Assembly: GCF_009914755.1 (NCBI RefSeq)
Contig: NC_060928.1
Strand: one strand, 5' to 3'
Length of the DNA stretch: 64,000 bases
Source: the human T2T-CHM13v2.0 reference genome, Homo sapiens
Program-made: the position numbers and the translations under genes
The notes under the pieces: generated by a model
Seen by the model: only the letters and a program-made list of their open reading frames with translations
Database searches by the model: none
Told to the model about the DNA's origin: nothing
Part shown: positions 14,276 through 27,466 of the stretch, one piece after another
Layout of the letters: each line of letters starts with the position of its first letter
Numbering within the stretch: the stretch's first letter is position 1

Positions 14276-14490
14276 AGAATACATGGACACAGGAAGGGGA
14301 ACATCACACTACAGGGCCCGTTGTGGGGTGGGGGGCGGGGGGAGGGATAGCATTAGGAGATACACCTAATGTTACATGACGAGTTAATGGGTGCAGCACA
14401 CCAACATGGTACATGTATACATATGTAACTAACCTGCACGTTGTGCACATGTACCCTAAAACTTAAAGTATAATAAAAAAAAGAAAAAAA
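14276..14490 (+). mobile_element. L1PA 3'UTR fragment with poly(A)
   Basis: acatggacacaggaaggggaacatcacac...G-rich tract...gtaccctaaaacttaaagtataataaaaaaaag. Confidence 0.93.
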
Positions 14491-16980
14491 GGAATATAAA
14501 ATATATACACACATTAAAAAAAAGAATTTTGAAAGTAAAAAAAAAAATAATATAACTTGTCCACATTACAGCCCCTCCTCATGCTCAATTACACACCAGA
14601 GTAAGTGCTGAATAAAATATTCTGCAAATGCGAGTTAGCAATCTAACCCCATGTAAATGATACAGCTTTATTTTGAGTCACATAATTATGGTATGCAATC
14701 CAAGGGTTCTTAACAGGTTATCATATTTGATCATCTAAATCTCTTAGCTAATTTAGATGAGACAGGCATTTAAGTTAAAAGCTGATGAGGGTTAGTCATT
14801 AAAGATCCATTTTGTATATTCACCTTAGGAAATTACTTTTGCCTATTAAGGCGATATTCTCTCTTTGTAACCTAAGATTGGCTCTTGATAAAAGAGGCAA
14901 TAAATGATTAATAGCTAAATATTTTGGAATGCATTTGGCAAGTGTAATTATAATTGTTTGTTTGAAACAGAGGTGTTGTTAATTACCTCTAATAACAGAC
15001 ATGGGTTAAGTAGTGGTGACCCCATTCACCATATACCAACCAAACACCCTTACTTTTAGTTGTTTAATTATTAATGCTGATAAAATATAAGCTGCATTGT
15101 GATAGAAAAATGTGTCTATTTTATCCACCTCCTATATATTAAGTGCTTAAAATATTTCTTATGGTTACTGCCTAGATACGGGTGGCTGAAGTAAATGCCC
15201 CTCTCCTACACAATTTAACAATCTAAATAATTTGTCTATCTTCAATTCTGTATTCAAGTTTTTTGTGCAAATGCACCTTATCTTATACATAAATGCACCC
15301 TTATGCAAATCATCTTATCTTACTTGAATATGTGTGTGTGTTTACTGTCCTTCTCTCTCTCTACATATACACCCACATATATTCATGTACATACACATCT
15401 ATATCTTATCTATTTTATATATTAATATATATCATATGTGTATGTATATATATTATGTATATATGGGTGGTACATACACACAAATCTCTCTCTTGGGTTC
15501 CACCAATAGGAATAAATTATTATTTGATACCTGCACTGTGGAGTCATTAATATTGAGATTCCTCTATCATCACCCAAATGGCCTTCTTCAAATTTATCCA
15601 TTTCAATCTTGGATGTTTTTAGTATAAACACACTAGGTTGATTAAAGACAAACTAATGCCTGGCAGTGACAAAATGTGAGTGGTACAATAGGAGTTATAT
15701 TATACAAACAAACATAAATTAGATTATAAATAAATGTAAGAAGATTAAGCAGGACCCTTAATTTCCTTCCATCTCTTCATTGCTGATCATACCTAAATAC
15801 AGACTGGAAAAACGTCTTTGGAAATATTTGGGCTCTGAACGCTGACAGAACTGGGTTTGAAATGTAGAATGCCATTTACTGGTAGTGAAATGTTAACAAA
15901 TCATGCAGCTGTAGTTTGCTCATCTCCAAAACAGAGGTATCTATGAGACTACATCTTCAGGGATACATGGGATCAGATAAAGCAAATCACATGATATGTA
16001 GTAGGCATGTTACATGTATTATATCATTACATCCTCAAAATGAAAGATATATAGTACCATTGAGCTATTTATATGTAATCTATTTTGCAATTTAATTATT
16101 TCTTTTGCCATTTTCGCTTTGTGAAATCCTGAGCCATTTTCTTCTCCTAAATTTACCATCTTTCTGCAGATAAAGAATATGAGGATTCTGATGTATTTCT
16201 ATGGCTGGGAGAAGTGGATCTATATACACAAATATGTTAAATGAGACTTTTCCTGTTGTTTTAAAGTTTGGACAGAAATGCCATCACCTAAATAGGACTA
16301 GATAAAATATTTGTAATCTGGTTTGTGACCCTTAGTTTATTACCTGACTGAGGAACATAAATGAGATTTGTTAGAAAGTTGTGGAGATTGGAGATGGTGA
16401 ATTTATTTTATTGGAATTGCCAGTTTGCTTTTGAAGATAAACCTATATCACCTAAAGCTCTGTGAGAGAATGTTCAAGATAACCATTTGTAGACTTTGGC
16501 ATGGGTGCTTTGGAGACTAAATAGCTCAGGAAATAATATCTGGCTCAACTCAAATGGCTAGCTTTGTATCTACTTTGGGACAGAAGATTTAAAAAATGAT
16601 TCTTAAGGATTCAGTGGGCTGGAGATAAACCCTGCAAAATGTGGTCGATTATAAGGCTTTTTGAAAAGGACTCTTCATTAAGACAGCCTTGTTTCTAGAG
16701 GCAAGGTGATATCACCAGAACAGTATTGGCATATATATTGAGATGCAGAGACCCTTGTAGAGGCTATAAACATCACTTAGAAGAAAAAGTATCTGAAGCA
16801 TACTGAAATGGGGTGGTTTCAAACTGCTTCATGTGATATAGAGAAGAAATAGATCATGCACTTTTCTACCTACTGACTCCTCGGGTGAAGTCAGACCAAG
16901 CTGCAGTAGAGAGAATGTACAAAGCTGAGAGTGTAAGATTTTTATTTTACACAGATCCAGATGTCTTAATGCCTGAAAAA

Positions 16981-17625
16981 ATATATATGTTTATATACAT
17001 TTATATATTTATATAAATATTAATATTTATTTATTTATAAGTTTTATTATTTATAAATATATAAATATGTACATTTAATATATAAATATATTCATATACT
17101 TATATGCTTATATAAATATTAATATTTATTGATATACTTATATATAAATATATAAATATATAAATATATAAATATATATTTATATATTTATATATTAAAT
17201 ATATAAATATATATTTATATATTAAATATATTTATTTCTATATACATTTATATATAAATGTATAAATATATAAATATATATTTATATATACATTTATATA
17301 TAAATTTATAAATATATATTTATATATTAAATATATGTATTTATATATACATGTATATATTTGTATAGAAATATATATTTATATATAAATATATAAATGT
17401 ATAAATATATATTTATACATATAAATATATAAATGTATAAATATATATTTATACATATAAATATATACTACATAGTAAATAAATTTATACATATATATTT
17501 ATATATTAAGTATATATTTATATATAAAATATATAAATATATATTTATATATAAAATATATAAATATATATTTATATATAAAATATATAAATATATATTT
17601 ATATATTTGTACATTTATATATAAA
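16981..17625. repeat. Long degenerate (TA)n / AT-rich low-complexity tract
   Basis: About 645 bp made almost entirely of A/T, with tataaata/tatattta units. Confidence 0.95.
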
Positions 17626-17894
17626 TGTCTTTCATGAAAGCAAAATAAACATGTGAAAGTTGATGAAGGAAGTAGTCTACAGAGCTGAGTAAAGATATTT
17701 ACCTTTTTGTACTCTAATGAATACAATTCATTTAATAGACATTCTCATAAATGTAGGTGCCTTGTAATATTTGAGTCGAGCACATTGATTTACTTGTGCT
17801 CTCTCCCCTTTGGAAATTGACTGAGCATTCCTCAGATGCACTAGGAATTCATGAACCTGCTGTTGAGAAGGTACCGTAAACATGAATTACCATC

Positions 17895-18272
17895 TGTGTT
17901 AGACACAAATACCACCCACATCCCTTTTTAATTAAGGACTTTCTGCCCACCTATGACAAGTACAGTCAGTGGATAGTTTAGCTCAACCAAAGAGAACTAA
18001 TCAATACCACACCTTTCCCACAGAATCCTGAATCTTGAGGTGGTGGTAAAAAGGCCCAACTATTTTGGCCTAACATGGAGCAATCTTTTGAACAATACTT
18101 ATGCTAGAACTCTCTATTAGGTAGACTAAAGCTTTTTCAGGTCTACATCATTATTCAGCTTTGTCTTCTACTTAATCCTGCTAACTTCACCTACTTTACA
18201 CAGGTATTAATCCTTAACATCATGCACCAAAATATGTCCCAACACCTGCTTCTGGAGAACCCAGCTGCAACG
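17895..18272 (+). mobile_element. LTR16-like ERVL LTR
   Basis: Ends ...ctgcttctggagaacccagctgcaa, resembling the LTR16 3' end; directly upstream of the ERVL pol relic. Confidence 0.5.
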
Positions 18273-18379
18273 ATGTATATAACATGGGATTTTAGAACTG
18301 GATTATTCATTTCCTCACTGCCAGTGAGGACCCAAATAATGATGGCAGATAAAGTACAGATTGACACTTTCAAACACAT

Positions 18380-19065
18380 TCACCAATGTGACTGTAGACT
18401 ACTGCAAGCTCAGTCCAATAGTGGCCTTAATTGCAGCTGCTATTACAGTTGTAGTGCTTTTGTCACAGCAGTCTTATATGACCCCAGGTATATGGTATGC
18501 AGCCACTGATTTGGTGAATAAATCGTTTCCTATCCCAATCAGAAACATAACATAATATAGTCCAAGGAAGTACAGACCATCTTGACATCCTGCAGAGCAT
18601 CACATCAATACATTACAATGATGAGATCATATTGTTTGGACCAGATGGGCAAGAGGTAACTAGCACCATGGAGGCATTGGTAAGATGCACGTGTTCTGGA
18701 GGGTGAGCACAGATTCTGGTCTGGATATTCTACAGATTCATGTTCTGGATTCATCCATAAAATTTTAGGAGTCCAAGAGTTCAGGGGTCAGGGGCATGCC
18801 TGTGTGTGGTCTCTAAAGTAAAGGCTAATTATTACATTTTGCCCCTCCTACCCCCAGAAAATCTCATTGCCTGATGAGCCTCTTTGGGTTCTGAATTCAG
18901 CATATTTCATACTTAGCGATACTTCTCTGGCCCAATTACTGAACAATATGAAAAGCTGTCAGTGTTGAGTGGATAACAAAGCAAGAAAGAACGCCATAGC
19001 TGGCATAGGGCTATGTTATAAGAAGCCCTGCTACATGAGCCATATGAATCAGCAGACGCTTATAG
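18380..19065 (+). pseudogene. pol: ERVL-class (HERV16/ERV3-16A3-like) reverse transcriptase relic
   Basis: TVDYCKLSPIVALIAAA...PGIWYAATDLVN resembles ERVL RT (TVDYRKLNQVV.PIAAA...WYAAIDLANAFF); HYNDEIILFGPD at ~18611 is a decayed YIDD motif. Confidence 0.8.
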
Positions 19066-20789
19066 TGTTGGAAGTGGTTAAAGAGATTTATTTTATAAAG
19101 AGAAAAGTTGGTCTCCTTTTAACATCTAGAACCTTAACCATACCAAAGAAAATACTGGATTGTTTTTTGACCTGAAGCTTATATATATCATGTTTTACAA
19201 GATGCCTGGCAAGTGGGGAGAATTCTAAATGTTAAAACATTGACAGGGAACATATACACTATCAGTCAGCCTATAGACCTACTCACCTAAGAAGTTTATG
19301 AGATTGGACAGATGGTGGTCCAAAACAGAGCAGCCCTAGATATAACACTGGCCTTTTGAATTTGTATACATGCCATCTTAGAAGAAGACTACTGTATATA
19401 GCTATACTCTTTTCTGATTTTTAATATTACTTAGCAGATTTGGGAATAAAATGAAGACATTGTGAAATTAGGTATTTGGCTAATACCCATGTATCTAATT
19501 CTGAGAGTTCATATTGGGGATAGAATATGTTCTCTAGGCTTAATCTTAACACTTTTGGTTCTTGACTTAGAATTACATAGCAAACAAACCAGAATCCTTC
19601 TGTTAATATTTATTTTTACTGTGGTGTTTAAAGGTATAATCTTCAGACTTATAAATCCATCAGATGATACAACAATCACCTACCCCAAAGAAGAGAAAAT
19701 CTTGATATATACGTTAATTGAAACCAGTGCCACCATAAGCCTGATATTCAAGCATGACTCTTCAAATAGTGATACACACCAGGATTGATTATGTCCTCAG
19801 ACTGTAATGGTCAATCTTCCAGGAATGGTTGAACAATGAAAACAATGAGGAGACTGTGACCTGAGAAAATGTCTTTAAATATGACTTAAATAATAATAGG
19901 CCATGTGTGCCAATATTATTTAGTTGCGTCTTCCAGGAAAACTTTGCAAGGGAAATATGAGACTAAGTCAGTAAATAACTATCATGTTCTCTTCAGGAAA
20001 TCCCTACAGATTACTTTATCAAAGGCTATAGAGGGTTTATCTAGGCAAACTGCTTACTTAATAAGCAACAAGCTCACTTTAAGCCGCTTGATTTGCTGTG
20101 TCATTTCTAAATTATTATATCACAAATGAACCCCACTTCACAACAGTTCACCATTGTGAAAATATATCATGAAGCCACTGAAGCTCAGACCTCAAAGTCC
20201 GATAAATATTCCATATCTGAATATTTATCTGAAGAGGAATAGTGTTTCCTCTTCTGAAACACTAAGTAGTCTGTCAAGAGGGTATTTTTTCTTACTGCAA
20301 TGAGTTAAATAATCTTAGTTTTGCTTTAATAACAGACAATATTTCAGAGAATTCAACAATACAATCAATTGACTAGGAATGGGTTTTGACACATTCTATG
20401 TCAGAGTTCTTTATGATAAATTTAGTTTGATTAAATATGTCAGGCTTTATTTGTTCCCTGCAACAAACAAAACGTAAAATTCAGAGTGCTAACCAGTATC
20501 TATGTTGTAATGTGTGCCATAGAACACAGAATAAGCCAATCTAAACTCATAAAAAATGTGTGATGAGCACTCAAGATATGCAGATGAGAGTTGAAAAGAG
20601 AATCTTCTACACTATACCAGATACCTCATTTTCTAATCTTGGCTATATAGATAGATAGATATTCTAACTTGGCAATATACCATATATATATTCTCCCATG
20701 CATATATATTCTACCTTGGGTCATTTAAAGTTTCATATTTTGCTTATAATAGTTTCAGTAGGAATTTGCTCACTATAACACATGGAATC

Positions 20790-21680
20790 TTAACAAATAG
20801 GCAGGTGTAGATCACAGAGAGCTTTGACAATCATGTTAAAATATTTGAACTTTTTCTGAAAAACAATAAGCCAAAAATTGACAGAATTTGTACTTTAAAA
20901 GATCACATTCTTTTATCAGTGTGTGATAGATTAGAAGAGAAGAAGATTAGACACAGAGAAGTTCACTAGCCGTCTATTATAATAGTTCAAAGAAAAGATC
21001 TTGGATGTCTTGGAATAGGATATGTTAGTGGAATTAGAGATACATAGACAAGTTTAAAGGTGTTTTGGAAAGTGAACTAAAAAGCTTGGTGTTTATTTAT
21101 ATGGACTGGGTATTGTAGGTTAGAGGAAAATAAGGGTCAGGAGTGATTCTAAAGTTTCTGTTTGAGGCAAATAAATGATTGTTCCATTGGCCAAAATCGA
21201 ATATTAAATGAGGAGCAAATTTTGCAAGTTGGGTAGGAGAGGGCTCTGGAAAGTAATGAGGTCAATGGTGAACATACTGAATGCATTACCTATAAGACAG
21301 CCAGACAAAATTTCTAGTAGCAGGTTGGATATACTGATTTGAACGTTTTAAATGGATGACTGTAGGTGCAAACTGAAGTCATAAGCATTACCCTACTAAT
21401 TGAACCAAGGAAATTGATAAGGTCACTGAGAGTAGAAACATCCGAAAAGAAAAGCCTAGGGCTAAGGCAGAGATCTTTATTAATAAAATATTTAAAGACA
21501 GAGAAAAGGTGTTTTAATATAGTGAAAGTGAAGCAATGGCTAGATAAATAGAAACAATTCATAAGTGTGTATACTATGGAAGTCTAGGATAACTTTGGTA
21601 AGAGTATTTTGGACAAGAGATAATGTAAAACAATGCGGAGGATCAAGAAATGAGACTGAAATGAGTCTCATTTACACATA
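20790..21680 (-). mobile_element. L2 fragment
   Basis: taaaagatcacattct...ggagtgattctaaagtttctgtttgaggcaa...gagaagcaggttggatatactg... pattern of reverse L2. Confidence 0.6.
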
Positions 21681-23249
21681 TGTGATTAGTGTGATGTGGA
21701 AACCAGCAATGAGAGTCTAACAGAAAAATTTCTGGATACGTAAAGAAATATATTTAAACGATCTAATGCATGTATATAGAAAATGTACCAAGTTTTTGAT
21801 AACTCAGAATCTCAACTAATAATACAAAACATTTCTATTCTGTTTCTTCTGTTTCGTCCTCTTTTTACTTAAATGAGACACATTTAAGGTATGCAGAGAC
21901 ATTTCTTTGTTGTTAGAATAAGAAGCATATAGATGTTCACTTCTATGGTAGCTGTCTTTATTCTGCCACATATGTGCCGTCCTTACCCTCAAAAACAATA
22001 CTGGAAATACACAGACATCAGAAACTTGAATATTAGGCAGAGAAGAAAGAGAAGAAGAAAGAAAAAAGTAAGGAGAGAGAAAGAAAAAGAAAACAGAAAA
22101 TGAGGGGAGAAAAAAGAAGAGAGCAGAGGAGAGAACAGAAGAGAAAAGAAAGAACAATTTTAAAGAAGAAAAGAAAATAACTATATTATTTTGACAATTT
22201 TCTGTTCTTAGGCCAGTAGTTTTCTTTTTTGAACCATTTTCTTGACCTTTTCATCAACTCTGATGGAGAAGCTACAGTCATTACAAATCAAAATGAAAGT
22301 TAAAACAAGACACTCAAATACTGTGACTAGTGTGTTGCTTTTTCTGTTCTTGTTCTCTAACATTTAATTTTTAAAAGATTATTTCAGAATCTTTCCTTTA
22401 TATTTGTGATTTAGAAAATAGTCTGTAAAAGCAAAAGTGAACGTCAATGAACTGAGATTACCTAAATGGTGTATTTTGAAAAGTCCATTGAAGCATGATC
22501 TTATCTCTGTATCTATTTTCACGTTAACTATCTCAAATGGAGTATTTTGTTCATTTGCTCTTCTTGAGACAACTGTTAATGAACATATGGAAAATACGAT
22601 TTATATTTCTTGAAGTAAACGAATGTTTCAAGTAGCCACCTTCTTGAGGAGATTAGTAACAGACATTGGAATTTACTAGCTCCAGGTAACTTGCTACACC
22701 TAATCACAAAGCACTCCTGACTACCTGTTGTACTGCCCTGGAATACCTTAGTAGACGGTGAAGCACGCAAGAGGGGAAAAGAAATTTTCATTTGGTGCCG
22801 AGGAAATAACTCTATAGCACATTTGAGATGAGATCTAGAAATTTCCTTCCTGCAGTTGGTTCACTCAGATTTAGCAAAAGGAGTGGAACAGCAGCAAACA
22901 TGCTCTAGAATGTAGAGTTTAAGGGAAGAAAACAGAGCCTCTATTGAAAAGTTAAAAATAAAGATTTCTTACTTTAAGCAAATTTTTCACAACTTGCTAT
23001 AGTTGAGAATTAATATAATTATCAGTTTTACTAAAGAAAGCTTTGCAGCAATTACACTTAATTTCCATATAATGAGAATAAAATAATTTAGCACATGACT
23101 CAGAAGCAAATCAACAGGACCTCTAGAAGTAATTTCAGACTAGATTACATTACTGATGTTAGTTATAGATTTCTGCAATACTCTTTGACAGAAAAACAAA
23201 ATACATACAAACACCTCTCTTTATGAATTGTCATTTGTTTAGTCAAATA

Positions 23250-23309
23250 TACACAGTTTCACTTCAGACAAAAGTTCAGTACACAGTTTCACTTCAGACA
23301 AAAGTTCAG
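23250..23309. repeat. Perfect 30-bp tandem duplication
   Basis: tacacagtttcacttcagacaaaagttcag x2. Confidence 0.95.
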
Positions 23310-23639
23310 GCATTTTTAAGTAAATTATTATCTTTTTAAAATTTTCATTAAATCCTAAGTAATAAAGACTATCCATATATTATTCAGAATTGGGGGGGGG
23401 GGGTTGTCATAATCTTGAGTCTGCTGTCCGGCATAAGAAAAAAGCTGGTCATAGTGGTCGTAGTTCCCCTGACCAATTGTTTTTCACAATTACTTCTTTC
23501 CATCTGGTATTGTATGCCACAGATAACTAGTCTTAAAATCAACTAGCTCTGACTGTTACTACTAGAAAATAGCTCTAAAATTTAGGAAGGTATTTGAATG
23601 CAATATAAAGTACCATTTTGTAATATACTTAAAGTTATA

Positions 23640-24820
23640 AAACACTGAAAATTAGAAACTCAAGAATAGCTTATCACAAATAGCTTAGAAGAGTAGGTAA
23701 GACAAAGCTAGATTAGCACAAAGATATACAAATAAAGCATTTAAACAACAACGACGACAATAACAAAAAGGTTCATACATGTATTGCTACCTAATTTAAA
23801 ATAAAGCCCACTGCGATTCAGTGGGGGAAAAGATGGCCTTTCAAAAATGAATGATGTTTAAATCATTGGATAACAATATGAAAAAAGTGAAACTTGACTT
23901 CCACATCACATAATAAATAAATTAAATCAGAAAAGAATGAGAGACCAAATGTAAAAGGGTAAACAATAAAGCTTCTAGGGGATAGGGAATATATCCATGA
24001 TCCTGGAGTAAGCAAAGATTTCATAAACAATGCACAAAACTATAAAATGCATTAATCCTAAAGCAAAAGATTGGCAGGGGTCTTAATTAAAATTAAGAAT
24101 TTGTATTAAAAAGGCATGATAAAAAGAATGACAAGCCATAATTTGGGAAAATAGTTTTATAATTAATATATATAATAAAGAACACGTGTAGAATATTTAA
24201 AGAAATCTACAAGCAAATATGAAAAAAATACAAGTCAATTAAAAAACAAAATTGACAAAGACTTAAAAACACAATTCAGTTAAGCATATAAAAAGTTGCT
24301 CAGTCTTATTAATTACCAGGGAAATACATATAAAAATTACAATGATATATCATTACATAGTTGAAAAATGGTTTGACATTATCTGCTATTGCTAAGCAGC
24401 TGCCAACCTGTTAAATCAGCAAATTCCACTATTAAGTATAGTGAATCTATATCCAATATCCAAACCATGGTAGTTTTGTTCATGATATGAATAAATCAGA
24501 TGAAAACTTAAGCTCACAAATAACCACATGAATATGCTACTATGATATATTCATGCAAGCAAACGTCATGCAGTGATTTTTTTTAAATACAAGAAAAGAT
24601 GCACATAATAACATGGCTAAATTTCATATATATAATGATGAGCAAAGAAAGCCAGACACAAAATAGTGTACTTTATATGCCTATATTTACAAAATGATTA
24701 AAAAGAGAAAAAACTAACCAATGAGTGATAGAAGTCAGAATTGTAGTTGCCTCAGGTTGGGAAAAGTGGGGGATTAAAGGTGAAGGGGAATAACAGAGCC
24801 ATCTGGAAACAGTTTATTCA
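23640..24820 (+). mobile_element. Old L1M (MC/MD/ME-type) ORF2 end and 3'UTR
   Basis: A-rich; ttcagtggggaaaagatggcctttc...taagcaaagatttc...gaaagccagacacaaaatagtgtac...gtgatagaagtcagaattgtagttgcc. Confidence 0.7.
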
Positions 24821-26794
24821 ACTGTTTTTATCAAACCCTGTTAGATTGCTAGACCACACAGTACAAAGTTATTCCCTGTAGTCCAAACAGAAGCTACAAA
24901 AGTGCAGTGGGTTATTGTGATTCAAAATGTACATAAAATGATGACTACAAATTTCTTCTACTACAGTGTAACTTCTATAACATAGACTTCTTTGTAGACA
25001 AAACTTCAAGGTTTTATCTCACACAAGCCCCAGCACAATGATCTGCACTTCAAGGACACGATCAGTATTCTAAATTTACTTAATTAATGGATGTTAGAAT
25101 TTTAAACTGCATCTTTATCACGTATATATCCTTGTCAAGAAGGACAATGTCATTATCTTTACTAACATATGAAGGAAAACCAATAAGCTTCTACACAGCT
25201 CTTTTTAAAACTTTGGATATTTGTGGATAACTATGTAAAATCAGTATGTGGGAATATAAGTATAAAATTAAAAATAAGTGTCCCAAAGTATTTTGTGGAT
25301 AAAGATATGGATGAAAAATCAGTAGACGTGAAGGGTATGACATTCTTGATGTTCAATGTAGATGTAGTATTATGATACACATAAAAATGCTCTTGGCCTA
25401 CAATTGCCCCCTTCTTTATTTCTATATATGATTTGCTGTATTTTGACTTATTATAAGAGTACTCACACTATTAGTTTAGGAGAGAGATTAATTTTAAAAC
25501 ATTTGGTGTTTTCCTTAATCAAACAAATTTTATCCTTTGGAAATATATTGTCCAGAATAAAATTTCTACCCAAGATTTAGTAAGGGATGGAATTCATAGT
25601 GACAAAGATTTGGGGGAAAAAGTCCTCAGCGCATCTTTCCCATATCATTGGTTAAGTCTTTTTAATGAAAAACTATGAATTTAAATGAGACAGTTTAATA
25701 GATGCAAATTAAGATAATGGAAATTAAAAGTGTAAGTTAGAAGAACATTGTTTTCACAGGTGCTAAAATAGCAAAGGTTATTAAAGAAGTTCCCTGGAAT
25801 TACACTACAGACGAAGGGTTGCTAAATTATTCCTATAGACACTAATACATCAAAGCACATTTTCATAAAATTTAAATAAAGCCAGTCTTTTTTGAATATA
25901 AAATGTTAAATTCCTCTTAAACCTAACAAAACTCAGAATTTTATTAATTTTATGCTATAAATGTATTAGAAAAATGGAATAATTAGACATTTATTCCAAA
26001 TTCTGAACAGTAAAATTATGCAATTAGCATCTCCTATTATTTACACTCACTTCCTTTTCCTTTCTTGGCTGCTAATTTAAGATGTTATGTTAGTATTTTT
26101 TTTTTAATTTTTAGAATTGAGACCCTAAAGTTAGAGTCATAAAATTATATCATGTAAACAAAAAATTAATGCATAAGGCAGAGATGACAAGAGTGACACA
26201 TCGCTGCTTATGACTATGAAATTTATTTCTGTTCGTAATTACGTGAATCAGCAATTTTATTAGCGAGTTTTCTTTCCCAGTTGCAATTCAGCAATGTGCA
26301 TGGGAATTCAAGGTCTTCACCTTAATGTGACAACACTCACTAAGTGAGGAAGATCCTTGTTTTTAATGTAAAATTCACATTAAATATATTTTAACTTTAA
26401 AATCTAATATTTCAAATTAGAAGCTTAAAATCAAATAGATTAAATAAATTGCTGAACATTTCTGTGATCTGGCACATACTAAATGTTAATCCCTATAATT
26501 AATATCTAGCTTTTTCATTTACTAACAAGCTGTGGGTGTGAATTAGTTTTTCGGGAATTCACCATTTCATCATTTTAATGCTATTAAATTATTGTCAGCA
26601 TACTTAAAACATTTTGAATATTTTAAAGTAAAATGATGAAGAAAGGTTAGTATTCTCTCAAGGAAGTTGTCATAATAATTTGATAATTTTAGTGCAAACA
26701 AAAAAATAGCAGCAGTCATATAAGGAATAAATATTATTTATACATAAATTATCTTCCGTGCTTTCTATCTGTGCTCCTTTAAATAGAGTTATAT

Positions 26795-26952
26795 TGGAAC
26801 ATGGCAACACCCATTAGCTTACATATTGTTTATGACTGCTTTCATGCTGTAATGTCAGAGCTCAGTAGCAGCAATAGAAATGATAAAACTTGCAAAGCCA
26901 GTACTATTTACTCTCTGGCCATTTACAGAAAAAGTTTGCTAATCCCTACTCC
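26795..26952 (+). mobile_element. MER58-like hAT DNA transposon fragment
   Basis: tgcaaagcc...tatttactctctggccatttacagaaaaagtttgctaatccct. Confidence 0.7.
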
Positions 26953-26995
26953 ATAGACTCATACAAGAAGGATTATAATTCAACACCTCATCTTT

Positions 26996-27466
26996 TATTA
27001 TAGGAGTTATGAAGAAATTATTTCAGGTAGATAGAGAGGATAAGGGGTCCTTGGTAAGGTTTTATTTTCTTTTAAAGCAGCTCCAGAAACATTTCTTTTC
27101 TAGCAGAAAAATGATTTGAAGGGCCAGGCCAGCAAGCTTTGGTATACAAATGCCAGCCTTTAGAAACTGGGTCCATCCAATATGGCGATTCCCGCCTTCT
27201 TCTCATCACCATGTGTGCCAAGCATCATGGCCGCCCCCAGATATCTCCATGTGTGCACGTGTGTACAACATCATAGCACCCTGAATTTGCATATTAAAAG
27301 GCTAGGGCGAGAGGGCCAGTATTTTTGCAGGCATATGAATGACATACCTTGTCAATCCAATCCCCTGGGCCCTGTGTAAATCAGACACTGCCTCCTCCAG
27401 CCTCCTAATATAACCAACTGTTTTCTGCCACAGGTAGGGTTTCCTCTCTCGGCTTGGAGCCCCCCT
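26996..27466 (+). promoter_or_regulatory. 5' LTR, truncated (U3 and start of R only)
   Basis: Colinear with the 3' LTR up to cttggagcccccct; octamer ATTTGCAT 27285-27292, CCAAT 27357, TATAA 27409. Confidence 0.85.

Noticed and set aside
14731-14760. 10-bp-stem hairpin tcatctaaat...atttagatga
   Set aside because: Expected by chance in 64 kb of AT-rich DNA
15293-17726. Tyr/Ile-rich ORFs
   Set aside because: Translations of TA/CA low-complexity sequence
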